DNA of 64,000 nucleotides from Myxococcota bacterium (GTDB lineage: Bacteria > Myxococcota > UBA727 > JABDBI01): positions 115,431 to 179,430 of the forward strand of contig JAZKCZ010000002.1 of assembly GCA_040387835.1 (NCBI GenBank), in the 5' to 3' direction. Both the position numbers and the translations under genes were made by a program. Within the stretch, counting starts at the first letter, position 1. Each line of letters starts with the position of its first letter. Below the pieces are notes generated by a model. It worked only from the letters and a program-made list of their open reading frames with translations. It had not been told where the DNA came from and did not search any database. Shown piece by piece: positions 9,528-18,594 of the stretch.

Positions 9528-12399
9528 GACCCTTGTTCATCTAAGTAATTCCCGAGCAGCGTCGATGCCAACGCGTGCAGCTTACGAATTTGTTGAAATG
9601 GACGATTCAGAGCAAAGTCTCTCTTATGCAGCCATCGATTCCAAGGCACGCGCCATTGCGGTGGCTCTAAAAGAACAAAAACTTGAGGGCGAGCGCGCGT
9701 TATTGCTGTACGCCCCAGGTCTCGATTACATCACAGCCTTATGGGGCTGCTTTTATGGTGGCGTGACGGCGGTACCAGCTTATCCACCTGATCCAGGTCG
9801 TTTAGACCGAACCTTGCCCCGCCTCATGAATATAGTCGACGACTGTGAAGCGGCCGCCATTTTATCTACAAGCCTCATCCAAAGTTTTGGCGAAGCCAAG
9901 TTACCAGGCAAATGGATCGCTACCGATACAATCGAGCAAGACTTGGCCTCTTATTGGTCAATGCCTAAAATCAATGGCGATACGCTGGCCTTGTTGCAAT
10001 ACACCTCAGGATCAACCGGCTCTCCCAAAGGGGTCATGCTCACGCATCAAAATATCTTGGTTCATGGCGCTTACGTGGAAGACGATGCAAGACTGCATCA
10101 ATACTCGAGAGCCGTTGCTTGGCTACCACCTTATCATGACATGGGGCTGGTCGGCAGCATCATCCAACCCATGTACACCGGCTTTTTATCCACGCTGATG
10201 TCACCGCTGGATTTTCTATCAAACCCTTACAAATGGCTTAAATTACTATCGGACAAGAAAGGCGAAATGAGCGCCGCACCCAATTTCGCCTACGATTTAT
10301 GCACCAGGCGGGTTAGCGAAGAAAAGAAAGCCACCCTCGATTTAAGTAACTGGAAATTTACGATCAACGGCGCAGAACCGGTCAAGCTCGAAACCATGCA
10401 AAACTTCACAAGGGCCTTCGAGTCCTGTGGATTTAAAATGGAGACTTTTTTCCCTTGTTACGGCCTAGCAGAAAGCACGGTCTACGTCTGCGGAGGCTCT
10501 CAAACCGGCGTTCCCAAAGTCAAAGACGGTTTTGTCAGTTGCGGCAAACCCAAAGACCCGTCCATGATCCAAATCAGAGACGGCGAAGTCTGTCTTAAAA
10601 ACGACTACCTTTCGAGCGGCTATTTTAATAAAGCCGAAGACAACCAAAAAGTCTTCAAAGATTATTTCTACACCGGTGATTTGGGCTTTATCGAAAATGG
10701 CGAACTATTTATTACCGGCAGAAAAAAAGACCTGATTATTATCAGAGGCCGCAACTACTATCCTCAAGACATTGAACAATGCGTCGAAAAATCCAGCGCT
10801 AATGTGCGTAAAGGCTGCACCGCAGCATTTTCTATCAGCACAGGCGCCACCGAAGGCCTAGGTCTCGTGGCTGAGTTATCAAACCCTGCCCTTGAAGAAG
10901 AAACAGCTGCGGCCGTCCGGCACGCCGTCAGCTTAGAATTCAATCTAAAAGTGGCAGCGCTCAAGTTTATCCCCGCAAAATCCATTCCAAAAACATCCAG
11001 CGGTAAAATACAACGCTATGCCTGCCGTGAATTGGTAACCATGGATGCATCAGTCAAAAGCATCTTAGGCTTGGATGCTTTAGCCAACATTGAAGAAAAC
11101 AAACCCCTGGTGTCCTACGGCTTAGACTCCTTGATGCGTCAAGAGCTATTGGTGACCTTAAATCTACCAGGCGATACGGTGATCGATGAAAACACAACCC
11201 TAGCCTCATTAAGAGAGCTTCCTGTTTTGGCGGCCAAAAAATCAGAGCCGCCCCGTAAAGCCAGCCAACCGTGGAGCATAAAAAGCCAGATTGAGCTTTT
11301 AGAAAGCACAGGTCTTAAAAATCCATACTTTATCCCGCTAGAAGATCGCTCCTCGGTCAACTTCTCTAACTATAATTATATCGGCCTAGCCGGCCATCCC
11401 GAAGTGTCAGCCGCTGCCAAGGAGGCCATTGACCAATACGGCACTAGCGTATCCGCCAGCAGACTGGTTTCAGGCGAGCGGGTTTTGCACCAAAAGCTTG
11501 AAAAGAAAATCGCAGATTTTATCGGCGTCGAAGATGCAATCGTTTACGTTGGAGGCCATGCCACCAATGTTGGGACCATTAGTCATCTCTTTGGGCCTGG
11601 CGATTTAATTCTGCATGATTCCCTGAGTCACAACAGTATCTTAGAAGGCTGCAAACTATCTGGCGCTAGAGCGATGCCTTTTACGCATAATGATCCAGCC
11701 AGCTTAGAAAGACTGCTGATAAGCCATCGCGCCAACTTCGCCCGTGTCTTAATTGTGATTGAAGGCGTTTACAGCATGGACGGCGATATTTCCGACCTGC
11801 CTGCTTATGTCCACTTAAAAAAAGCCCACGATGCCCATCTCATGGTCGATGAAGCCCATTCCATCGGCGTCTTAGGCAAGACCGGCCGAGGCTTATCAGA
11901 ATACTGCGGCGTAGATCCCAAAGACGTCGATTTCTGGATGGGGACACTCAGTAAATCACTCGCCAGTTGCGGCGGGTACATCGCTGGCGCGCATGAAGTC
12001 GTCGAATATCTACGATACACATCCCCAAGCTTCGTCTATAGTGTTGGCATCTCCCCGCCTAATGCCGCAGCTGCCCTGAAAGCCTTCGAAGTGCTAGAGC
12101 GCGAACCCGAGCGGCTGGTCCGGCTCAATGCAAACGCTAAGCGCTTTATATCGTTATGCAAAGCGCGTGGTATCAATACTGGCCTCAGCAATAACTCAGC
12201 CGTTATTCCAATAATTATTGGCAATTCTTTGGGAACGTTACAGTTATCCGAACGATTACTTTCTCAAGGGATTAATATCAGACCGATTATTTATCCTGCG
12301 GTTGAAGAACATTTAGCCAGGTTAAGAGTTTTCATGACTTCGGAGCATACTGACGGCCAAATCGAAGAAGCGGTGGCGCATCTGGCGAGCAAGCAGTAA
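9508..12399 (+). CDS. Fusion of fatty acyl-AMP ligase, acyl carrier domain and PLP-dependent alpha-oxoamine synthase (SPT/BioF family)
   Basis: LQYTSGSTGSPKG, WLPPYHDMGL, YGLAE, TGDLG, KTSSGK; GLDSL (Ser codon 11128-11130); NYNYIGL, HNS, DEAHSIG, GTLSK. Confidence 0.9.
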   Translation: MSRPQHETLVHLSNSRAASMPTRAAYEFVEMDDSEQSLSYAAIDSKARAIAVALKEQKLEGERALLLYAPGLDYITALWGCFYGGVTAVPAYPPDPGRLDRTLPRLMNIVDDCEAAAILSTSLIQSFGEAKLPGKWIATDTIEQDLASYWSMPKINGDTLALLQYTSGSTGSPKGVMLTHQNILVHGAYVEDDARLHQYSRAVAWLPPYHDMGLVGSIIQPMYTGFLSTLMSPLDFLSNPYKWLKLLSDKKGEMSAAPNFAYDLCTRRVSEEKKATLDLSNWKFTINGAEPVKLETMQNFTRAFESCGFKMETFFPCYGLAESTVYVCGGSQTGVPKVKDGFVSCGKPKDPSMIQIRDGEVCLKNDYLSSGYFNKAEDNQKVFKDYFYTGDLGFIENGELFITGRKKDLIIIRGRNYYPQDIEQCVEKSSANVRKGCTAAFSISTGATEGLGLVAELSNPALEEETAAAVRHAVSLEFNLKVAALKFIPAKSIPKTSSGKIQRYACRELVTMDASVKSILGLDALANIEENKPLVSYGLDSLMRQELLVTLNLPGDTVIDENTTLASLRELPVLAAKKSEPPRKASQPWSIKSQIELLESTGLKNPYFIPLEDRSSVNFSNYNYIGLAGHPEVSAAAKEAIDQYGTSVSASRLVSGERVLHQKLEKKIADFIGVEDAIVYVGGHATNVGTISHLFGPGDLILHDSLSHNSILEGCKLSGARAMPFTHNDPASLERLLISHRANFARVLIVIEGVYSMDGDISDLPAYVHLKKAHDAHLMVDEAHSIGVLGKTGRGLSEYCGVDPKDVDFWMGTLSKSLASCGGYIAGAHEVVEYLRYTSPSFVYSVGISPPNAAAALKAFEVLEREPERLVRLNANAKRFISLCKARGINTGLSNNSAVIPIIIGNSLGTLQLSERLLSQGINIRPIIYPAVEEHLARLRVFMTSEHTDGQIEEAVAHLASKQ

Positions 12400-12757
12400 C
12401 TCCACAAAAATTCAGCTGCAGATGCTCATCGGTTCTTTCACGACAAAGCCCAACCAATTCATCGAGTATGGCCCAGTCGGATGCCCGTTTCAACTGCCTA
12501 TTATGAATATGATTCAATAAGGCTGTATAAGCGTTGGGTTGCTTTACTTCCAAAGCCACCTTTGACAAAAGCATATAAATACCTGTTCGCTCATTTGGTT
12601 CCGCTAAAGCATCCCAATAAAGGTTGTATTCAACTGAGCTCGCAACATCTGGATCCTGTAATAAAAACTGCAAGTTGGGCAATGCAGCGTTTGAATTTAA
12701 CGAAAGCATTAGTATGCCTACAAAAAAAGCCGTAAACATGGTTTTCAACGCGATCAC
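12332..12757 (-). CDS. Hypothetical protein with signal-peptide-like N-terminus
   Basis: Fills the gap between two plus-strand genes; hydrophobic leader FTAFFVGILMLSLNSNA; 68-bp 3' overlap with the fusion gene; start uncertain (12757/12748/12739). Confidence 0.5.
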   Translation of the reverse strand: MIALKTMFTAFFVGILMLSLNSNAALPNLQFLLQDPDVASSVEYNLYWDALAEPNERTGIYMLLSKVALEVKQPNAYTALLNHIHNRQLKRASDWAILDELVGLCRERTDEHLQLNFCGVTACSPDAPPLLRFGRQYAPKS

Positions 12758-12806
12758 CTCGTCGGCAAAACAGCCAATTTGTGGACGTTGTTCCTACTAA
12801 ATCAAC

Positions 12807-14180
12807 ATGAACCTGTTTAGAACCAAAGCGATTGGCGAAATCGAACAAGAAAACGGCGGCCTTAAACGATGCCTCTCGGCTGTAGATGTGACCTTTTTAG
12901 GTATTGGCGCGATTATCGGTGCTGGCATCTTTGTACTTACAGGTGTGGTCGCAGCCACCCACACGGGACCAGCCATCGTCCTGTCCTACATTGTCGCAGG
13001 GCTAGCATGCGTTTTCGTTGCGCTGTCTTACGCCGAACTTGCAGCTAGTATTGGAGGCTGCGGGAGTGCGTATGGCTACGCTTACGCAGGCCTGGGTGAA
13101 ATTATTGCTTGGATCATCGGCTGGGATTTGCTGCTTGAGTATGGGCTTGGCATTTCTACCGTTGCAGTTGGCTGGTCCGGTTACGCCAAAAATGCTTTGT
13201 CAGCGATGGGCGTTGAGCTTCCCGCAGCGTTTGTGAACAGCCCGTCAGAAGGTGGATATATCAATCTGCCGGCGGCTTTGATTATCTTGCTTATCTCCGT
13301 CTTACTGTGTGTGGGCGCCAGAGAAAGCTCTCGGTTTAACACGGTCATTGTGTTTATTAAGCTCATCGCCATTGCCGTATTTATTGGCATCGCGTCGTTT
13401 CATGTTGAACCAGCGAACTGGTCCGTATTCGCGCCGTTTGGTTGGAACGGCGTGATGCAAGGTGCTGCGCTGGTATTTTTTGCCTATATCGGCTTTGACG
13501 CGGTATCTACAGCAGCAGAAGAAACCATAAACCCACAGCGCAATCTGCCGATCGGAATTATTAGCTCACTAGCCTTTTGCACGGTTATTTATATCATCGT
13601 GTCGGCTTTGCTCACGCTGGTTGCCCCCTACGGCGAACTCAACGTAAAATCGCCAGTCGCGGAAGTCTTGCTGAATTTAGATCACCGAGTAGCAGCTGGT
13701 ATTATTTCAGCTGGAGCAATCGCCGGGTTAACGACCGTCATGCTGGTGCTATATTATGGATTTTCGCGGGTCTTCTTGGCAATATCTCGTGATGGGCTGC
13801 TGCCAATGCGGTTTTCCCGAATCAATCCTAAAACTCAAACACCAACCGGTATTATTCTTGTAAGCGGCGTCGTCATGGCTGTCATTGCCGGGTTAACACC
13901 TATCGGTAAACTTGCAGAGCTTGTTAACATTGGAACTTTAGCGGCTTTTGTGTTGGTATGCGGCGGCGTGATTGCATTGCGCATCAAGAATCCAGACATG
14001 CCAAGGCCTTTTAAACTTAGCTTTCACCCGCTGATTCCCGTACTGGGCATTATCTTTTGTGTGTATTTAATGCTGAGCCTGCCATTCGAAACATGGCTAC
14101 GATTCATTGTTTGGATGGCTATCGGCTTGATTCTCTATGCTGTTTATGGATACCGAAACAGCGTAGAAGGCAAGCGTTAG
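12807..14180 (+). CDS. APC-superfamily amino acid permease (cationic amino acid transporter-like)
   Basis: GAIIGAGIF, GSAYGY, FAYIGFD, AEE...P.R..P, 12 TM pattern. Confidence 0.92.
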   Translation: MNLFRTKAIGEIEQENGGLKRCLSAVDVTFLGIGAIIGAGIFVLTGVVAATHTGPAIVLSYIVAGLACVFVALSYAELAASIGGCGSAYGYAYAGLGEIIAWIIGWDLLLEYGLGISTVAVGWSGYAKNALSAMGVELPAAFVNSPSEGGYINLPAALIILLISVLLCVGARESSRFNTVIVFIKLIAIAVFIGIASFHVEPANWSVFAPFGWNGVMQGAALVFFAYIGFDAVSTAAEETINPQRNLPIGIISSLAFCTVIYIIVSALLTLVAPYGELNVKSPVAEVLLNLDHRVAAGIISAGAIAGLTTVMLVLYYGFSRVFLAISRDGLLPMRFSRINPKTQTPTGIILVSGVVMAVIAGLTPIGKLAELVNIGTLAAFVLVCGGVIALRIKNPDMPRPFKLSFHPLIPVLGIIFCVYLMLSLPFETWLRFIVWMAIGLILYAVYGYRNSVEGKR

Positions 14181-14758
14181 ACAAACTTGGAGATAATCCC
14201 TACCACTTCTTCCGCTTTATGTAAGAAGTCCTGGCGACTATCTACGACAAAGTGATTCGGGTGGTTTTTCCAAACTTCGAAGGTTTTCTGATCAAGCAAG
14301 GCAGCTTGCTCCGGTGCTTCATTACGCGCCGGATTATTATGATTGAAGCCCCATTCGATCGAAGGCGTGCGCATATGGATGACCATGGCGTAGCGGCTCA
14401 ACTCTTCTTCTTCTGTAGTGCCCACGCTAGCAAAAAAGTCTTCTTTAGAGCCTGGCCAATAAGCTAGGCCATCGAGCACACCGCGGTCACATAAACCAAC
14501 CGGCGCGATCTGATCTTCTTCCAAAATGCGCTCTTGTTCGCGCTGAATATGATAGATCGAGCGCTGCGCTGCCCGAATGGCACTGGGCGTTTGGTGCCTT
14601 AAAAATCCACCTGAATAGATCATGGTCGCTGCTTCATGTAAAACCACCACTTTGTCTTGAAACATATGTTTGGCCATTTCCAACACAGTGGTTTTACCGG
14701 CACCTGGGCCGCCAGTTAGGACAATAAGCTTTGAATGACTTTCAGATAATGTTGGCAT
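14177..14758 (-). CDS. NadR/Ttd14-like (AAA_28) P-loop NTPase/kinase
   Basis: LTGGPGAGKTT, HEAA, CDRG.LD; ATG at 14758 lies inside the end of the aminotransferase. Confidence 0.8.
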   Translation of the reverse strand: MPTLSESHSKLIVLTGGPGAGKTTVLEMAKHMFQDKVVVLHEAATMIYSGGFLRHQTPSAIRAAQRSIYHIQREQERILEEDQIAPVGLCDRGVLDGLAYWPGSKEDFFASVGTTEEEELSRYAMVIHMRTPSIEWGFNHNNPARNEAPEQAALLDQKTFEVWKNHPNHFVVDSRQDFLHKAEEVVGIISKFV

Positions 14759-15882
14759 AATTGTTCCGATTGAACCCATAGGGGATGCGAATGAGAAAAT
14801 AGACAGAATGATTCATTTAGCAGCTTTCGAGCATTTGGAAAGGCGGAGCCATCAAATCCTAATTTTTGGAATAAAGTCTGCTCCGGAACGGTCTTGCTCT
14901 GCCATTGCACAGCCTCAAGACCATGCTGACTCAGCAGGCCCATCACTTGATCGCGCTGCTTCGCTCTCACGCGATATTTGTGATAAACGCTGGTCCTGCC
15001 TACAATTTCGCCAGGCGGTTCAATCGCATTTAAGCCTATTAAGCCAGCATTTAAGATCGCAGCATTAGTTCGTGCGCGTTCGTTCCAGAAATCCAAACGC
15101 TTTAATTGCGTCCTAGCCAGCGCGGCCGTTAACTCAGGCATGCGATACATATATCCAATGCTTACTGAATCATAAGACCGCTTCAAATCAAGAGGCCTAC
15201 TCGGATCAAACACAGAGGTGTCAGACATTTGGATATTTTCACCGAACATTCTAAACCTAGCTGCTCGCTGATAACAGGTTTCATCGTTAGTAACGAAAAG
15301 ACCACCTTCGCCAGCCGCCAGGTTTTTTGACGACTGCAAACTAAAGGCAGCCACTTTGCCAAAGGAGCCTACTTTTTGGCCATGGTAAGTTGCACCATGA
15401 GCTTGGCAAGCATCTTCAATCACCATCAAATCATGCTGGCGCGCAATGGCAAAAATGGCATCGATATCACAAGGCATGCCATGCATATGCACCGGCATAA
15501 TGGCACGTGTCTTTGGCGTAATTGCCCTTTTAACGCAGGCAGGATCTAAGCCTAGACTCCCCAGCTCAATATCAACAAATACCGGTGTGGCACCTTGCTG
15601 CAGTACCGCCATCGCAGAAGCCACGAAGGTAAATGCTGGCACAATCACTTCATCGCCAGGGCCAATACCAATGGCCTCAAGCCCCATATGCAATGCGGCC
15701 GTCCCACTATTAGCGCTCAAGCAATATTTAACGCCTAAGTAAGCCGCAAACTCACGTTCCAAAGACGTGACTTCTGGTGCCAGGGGCCCAGACAAAATGC
15801 CTCGCTCCAGAACATCCAAGACAGCCTGTTTATCCGCGTCAGTAATAACAGGCCAAGACTGATGTTTTAAGCTTTCAGCCAT
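14716..15882 (-). CDS. DegT/DnrJ/EryC1/StrS-family PLP aminotransferase
   Basis: SGTAALH, EDACQAHG, SLQSSKNL..GEGG, YRM.E..AA. Confidence 0.92.
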   Translation of the reverse strand: MAESLKHQSWPVITDADKQAVLDVLERGILSGPLAPEVTSLEREFAAYLGVKYCLSANSGTAALHMGLEAIGIGPGDEVIVPAFTFVASAMAVLQQGATPVFVDIELGSLGLDPACVKRAITPKTRAIMPVHMHGMPCDIDAIFAIARQHDLMVIEDACQAHGATYHGQKVGSFGKVAAFSLQSSKNLAAGEGGLFVTNDETCYQRAARFRMFGENIQMSDTSVFDPSRPLDLKRSYDSVSIGYMYRMPELTAALARTQLKRLDFWNERARTNAAILNAGLIGLNAIEPPGEIVGRTSVYHKYRVRAKQRDQVMGLLSQHGLEAVQWQSKTVPEQTLFQKLGFDGSAFPNARKLLNESFCLFSHSHPLWVQSEQLCQHYLKVIQSLLS

Positions 15883-17033
15883 GCCTGCAAACTCTCGTCT
15901 TGTTTAAATAAGTTATGCTCTACCGGTCGACCAGGCATTTGATAGGGCGCCTTAAAAAACAACGATAGCTGCTCTTGAACTCCAGAGCGTCCTTGACGCT
16001 TGGCCAAGTCAATAAAACGAACCAAATCGAGCACCAAAGGCGCTGCTAGAATCGAGTCTTTGCACAAAAAATTGACCTTGATTTGCATTTTCTCGCCCAA
16101 AAAGCCGGAGATATCAATGTTATCCCAGGATTCTTTGGCATCACCGCGTGGCTTATAATAATGGATATGCACCTGATGATCCTCAACAGGATATCCCAAT
16201 ATGCTGTCTAGCACGCTCATTTTGCTGGTGACCTTGGTTTTATTGGACTCGGGATCGTTTAACACCAAGCCATCGTTGTTGCCCAAAATATTGGCAGAGT
16301 ACCAGCCATCCACTTTCAGATTACGCACCGCAAACATTGGCGCCAATGCAGTTTTAAGAAGCGTCTGGCCAGTTTTACCATCTTCACCAGCTAGCGGAAC
16401 GCCGTTTTTAATCGACATCTCTTGCAGTGCCGGAATATTACTTAGACTTGGCGTAAAGTTTACATAAGGCACGCCACTATCAATGGCAGCATATAGATAC
16501 TTCATGGCCGGTGAAATGCGTTCATCGTTTGCATCAAGGCCTGCTTCAAATGCTGCCAAGGTGCGATGCACATCTGTCACTTCACAGAACTTTTCGGTCG
16601 AAGTCAAATTGACCATCACCAACCGCTCAAGACCCTGACCTGTTTTGAACACAGCCATGTCTTTTTTCATTTGAGCAATTTCTTCTCTAAAAGAGCTACA
16701 TGCCAAAATATTTTTGCCGCTCATGCTGTGCAAAAAGCGCTTCGAAACAGCTGCCTTCCATGGCTTAAAGCTGCTCAAATCGTCTCGCACCAGATTCAGT
16801 AAGTGAGCTGGCAGAACTTCATGGGAAAGCGCAGCTTCATAGGCAGTGTCTTCTCTTAAATCCCAGCCACCGAACCTCAAATCATCGAGTGCGGTCACGT
16901 CAAGACCAACGGTCTCGCTCATCATCCCTTGTCTGGGAGCCAGATTCTTTCGCATCAAAGCAACGCCCGCCATCACGGTTGTAGAAACGGCGCCACTTGC
17001 TCCAATTAAACAGATACCTAATTTTTGACTCAC
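15867..17033 (-). CDS. ino1: myo-Inositol-1-phosphate synthase
   Basis: GASGAVSTT, YVNFTP, GEDGKTGQT, NILGNNDG, SK, DSILAAP..LDL, FFKAP. Confidence 0.92.
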   Translation of the reverse strand: MSQKLGICLIGASGAVSTTVMAGVALMRKNLAPRQGMMSETVGLDVTALDDLRFGGWDLREDTAYEAALSHEVLPAHLLNLVRDDLSSFKPWKAAVSKRFLHSMSGKNILACSSFREEIAQMKKDMAVFKTGQGLERLVMVNLTSTEKFCEVTDVHRTLAAFEAGLDANDERISPAMKYLYAAIDSGVPYVNFTPSLSNIPALQEMSIKNGVPLAGEDGKTGQTLLKTALAPMFAVRNLKVDGWYSANILGNNDGLVLNDPESNKTKVTSKMSVLDSILGYPVEDHQVHIHYYKPRGDAKESWDNIDISGFLGEKMQIKVNFLCKDSILAAPLVLDLVRFIDLAKRQGRSGVQEQLSLFFKAPYQMPGRPVEHNLFKQDESLQAWLKA

Positions 17034-18583
17034 GAAACCTGCTCCTTGTTAATAAACTGTGTAACCAAATCGCACTTTTGCTGATCGATAATTCGGGGAA
17101 ACTTACTTTGGACGCTTCTAAATCCTAGTCGATCCATAATCTTTTGAACGGACCCTGAAAGAAGTTTGTGTGAAACCGGAGGAAGAATCGCCACATCGCT
17201 TAAACGATGTTCACGATAAACTCGATTTTGAATTTTAAGCTCATCGTCAATGGCGGTCATAAATAGATTCAAATCCATCGGCCTTTTTTCAAACTCAAAG
17301 AAAAATTGGTAACGACCTTTCCCAGAAGCGTCAACACCCACTTCTGGGCCGACACAATACTCAACAATAGAACATGAAAATTGAGATTGAGCCTTCGCAA
17401 CGGCCTTTTCGATTTCCACATAAGTAGTCAGTTCTTGAGTCAAAGATAAAACGCCGCTAGGCCTGCCCACAAATTCCATTCGATGCGGATAAACAGAATT
17501 AAACCGAACAAAATCGCCAATATAATAGGCGAATAATCCCGACGACGTGGTCAAAACAATCGAGTAATCTACGCCTGGCTGGACTTCCCACAGCGCCAAA
17601 CGAGGCGCATCATCTCGCCCATGCTTCTCCCTAGGCACAAACTCGAAAAACACCCCTCGATCCGGGATCATCAACAGAGCACGATCCTCCAAATGATCGG
17701 TCACCGAAAATAGCCCACCCTCAGTCGCATTGTAATTATCCATCAAGATAATATCGCGTCCAACACGCTCGTTAATGAGCCTGCGATAAGGATTAGCATT
17801 AACCCCGCCACCAAAAAGCACTCTCAAATTAGGCCATATTTCCTGAATGGTTCGGACGCCGCGGTGCGCCAAAAGCTTGTCGAAAAAAATCGAGAACCAG
17901 CAACTTGTTCCCGAAATCGCGTGCACGTCATAATCCCAGTAGTTCTCTGCGATTGCTTGTAACTTTTGGTTATAGTCCAAAATATCTCGCACGGAAGGCT
18001 TAGGAATCGCCATCGGCCGCGCCAAAGCGGGCAACTCCCGAAACATAATCCCCGGATTTGACCCGGTGAACACGCCGTTTCCTTCCGATTTCAAGACGCT
18101 AGGCGGAAACAACCCCAAGTTATAGCCCCCAACAAAGCCTCTGTCTTTGCTAAGGCGTAGGTACTGAGCAATCACGTCAAACGCAGCTTTCTGCTGCCAG
18201 ACAATCTGCTCTTTCGAAATAGGTAAAAATTTATTCTGCGCGGCGGTTGCTGAAGTACCTGAAGACTGGCCGTAATACGAAATCAGCCCTGGCCAAAGGA
18301 TATCGCGCTCGCCCTGTCTCATCCGCTGGATATAAGGCTCAAACCCAGCATATGGCCTTAAAGGCGTTGCCCTCTTAAAATCAGCATAAGTTTTTACTTT
18401 GGCAAAACCATGCGCCTGACCAAACTCAGTTTCAGCTGCCGTTTTGCAGTGAGACAGCAAGATTGATTCCTGGGTTTTTTGAAGCCGACCTTGTGTTAAA
18501 TTCCCTAGCCACTGATTAAGCCGTCGCCTCGCCAATAGTCCTAAGACTGGATTCAATGCACGAGCCGCGGCAAAACTTTTCAT
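17030..18583 (-). CDS. GH3-family acyl-adenylate/amido synthetase
   Basis: SSGTS, YNATEG, YYIGD motifs; alternative GTG start at 18595. Confidence 0.9.
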   Translation of the reverse strand: MKSFAAARALNPVLGLLARRRLNQWLGNLTQGRLQKTQESILLSHCKTAAETEFGQAHGFAKVKTYADFKRATPLRPYAGFEPYIQRMRQGERDILWPGLISYYGQSSGTSATAAQNKFLPISKEQIVWQQKAAFDVIAQYLRLSKDRGFVGGYNLGLFPPSVLKSEGNGVFTGSNPGIMFRELPALARPMAIPKPSVRDILDYNQKLQAIAENYWDYDVHAISGTSCWFSIFFDKLLAHRGVRTIQEIWPNLRVLFGGGVNANPYRRLINERVGRDIILMDNYNATEGGLFSVTDHLEDRALLMIPDRGVFFEFVPREKHGRDDAPRLALWEVQPGVDYSIVLTTSSGLFAYYIGDFVRFNSVYPHRMEFVGRPSGVLSLTQELTTYVEIEKAVAKAQSQFSCSIVEYCVGPEVGVDASGKGRYQFFFEFEKRPMDLNLFMTAIDDELKIQNRVYREHRLSDVAILPPVSHKLLSGSVQKIMDRLGFRSVQSKFPRIIDQQKCDLVTQFINKEQVS

Positions 18584-18594
18584 GGAGCAGTGCA

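Noticed and set aside
11280-12399. Calling the oxoamine synthase domain biotin BioF
   Set aside because: It is fused to a long-chain FAAL and ACP and no other bio genes are in the window; kept as family-level only.
14716-14779. Possible frameshift or fusion between aminotransferase and P-loop gene
   Set aside because: Both have complete ends in different frames; a simple overlap explains it and I saw no slippery sequence.
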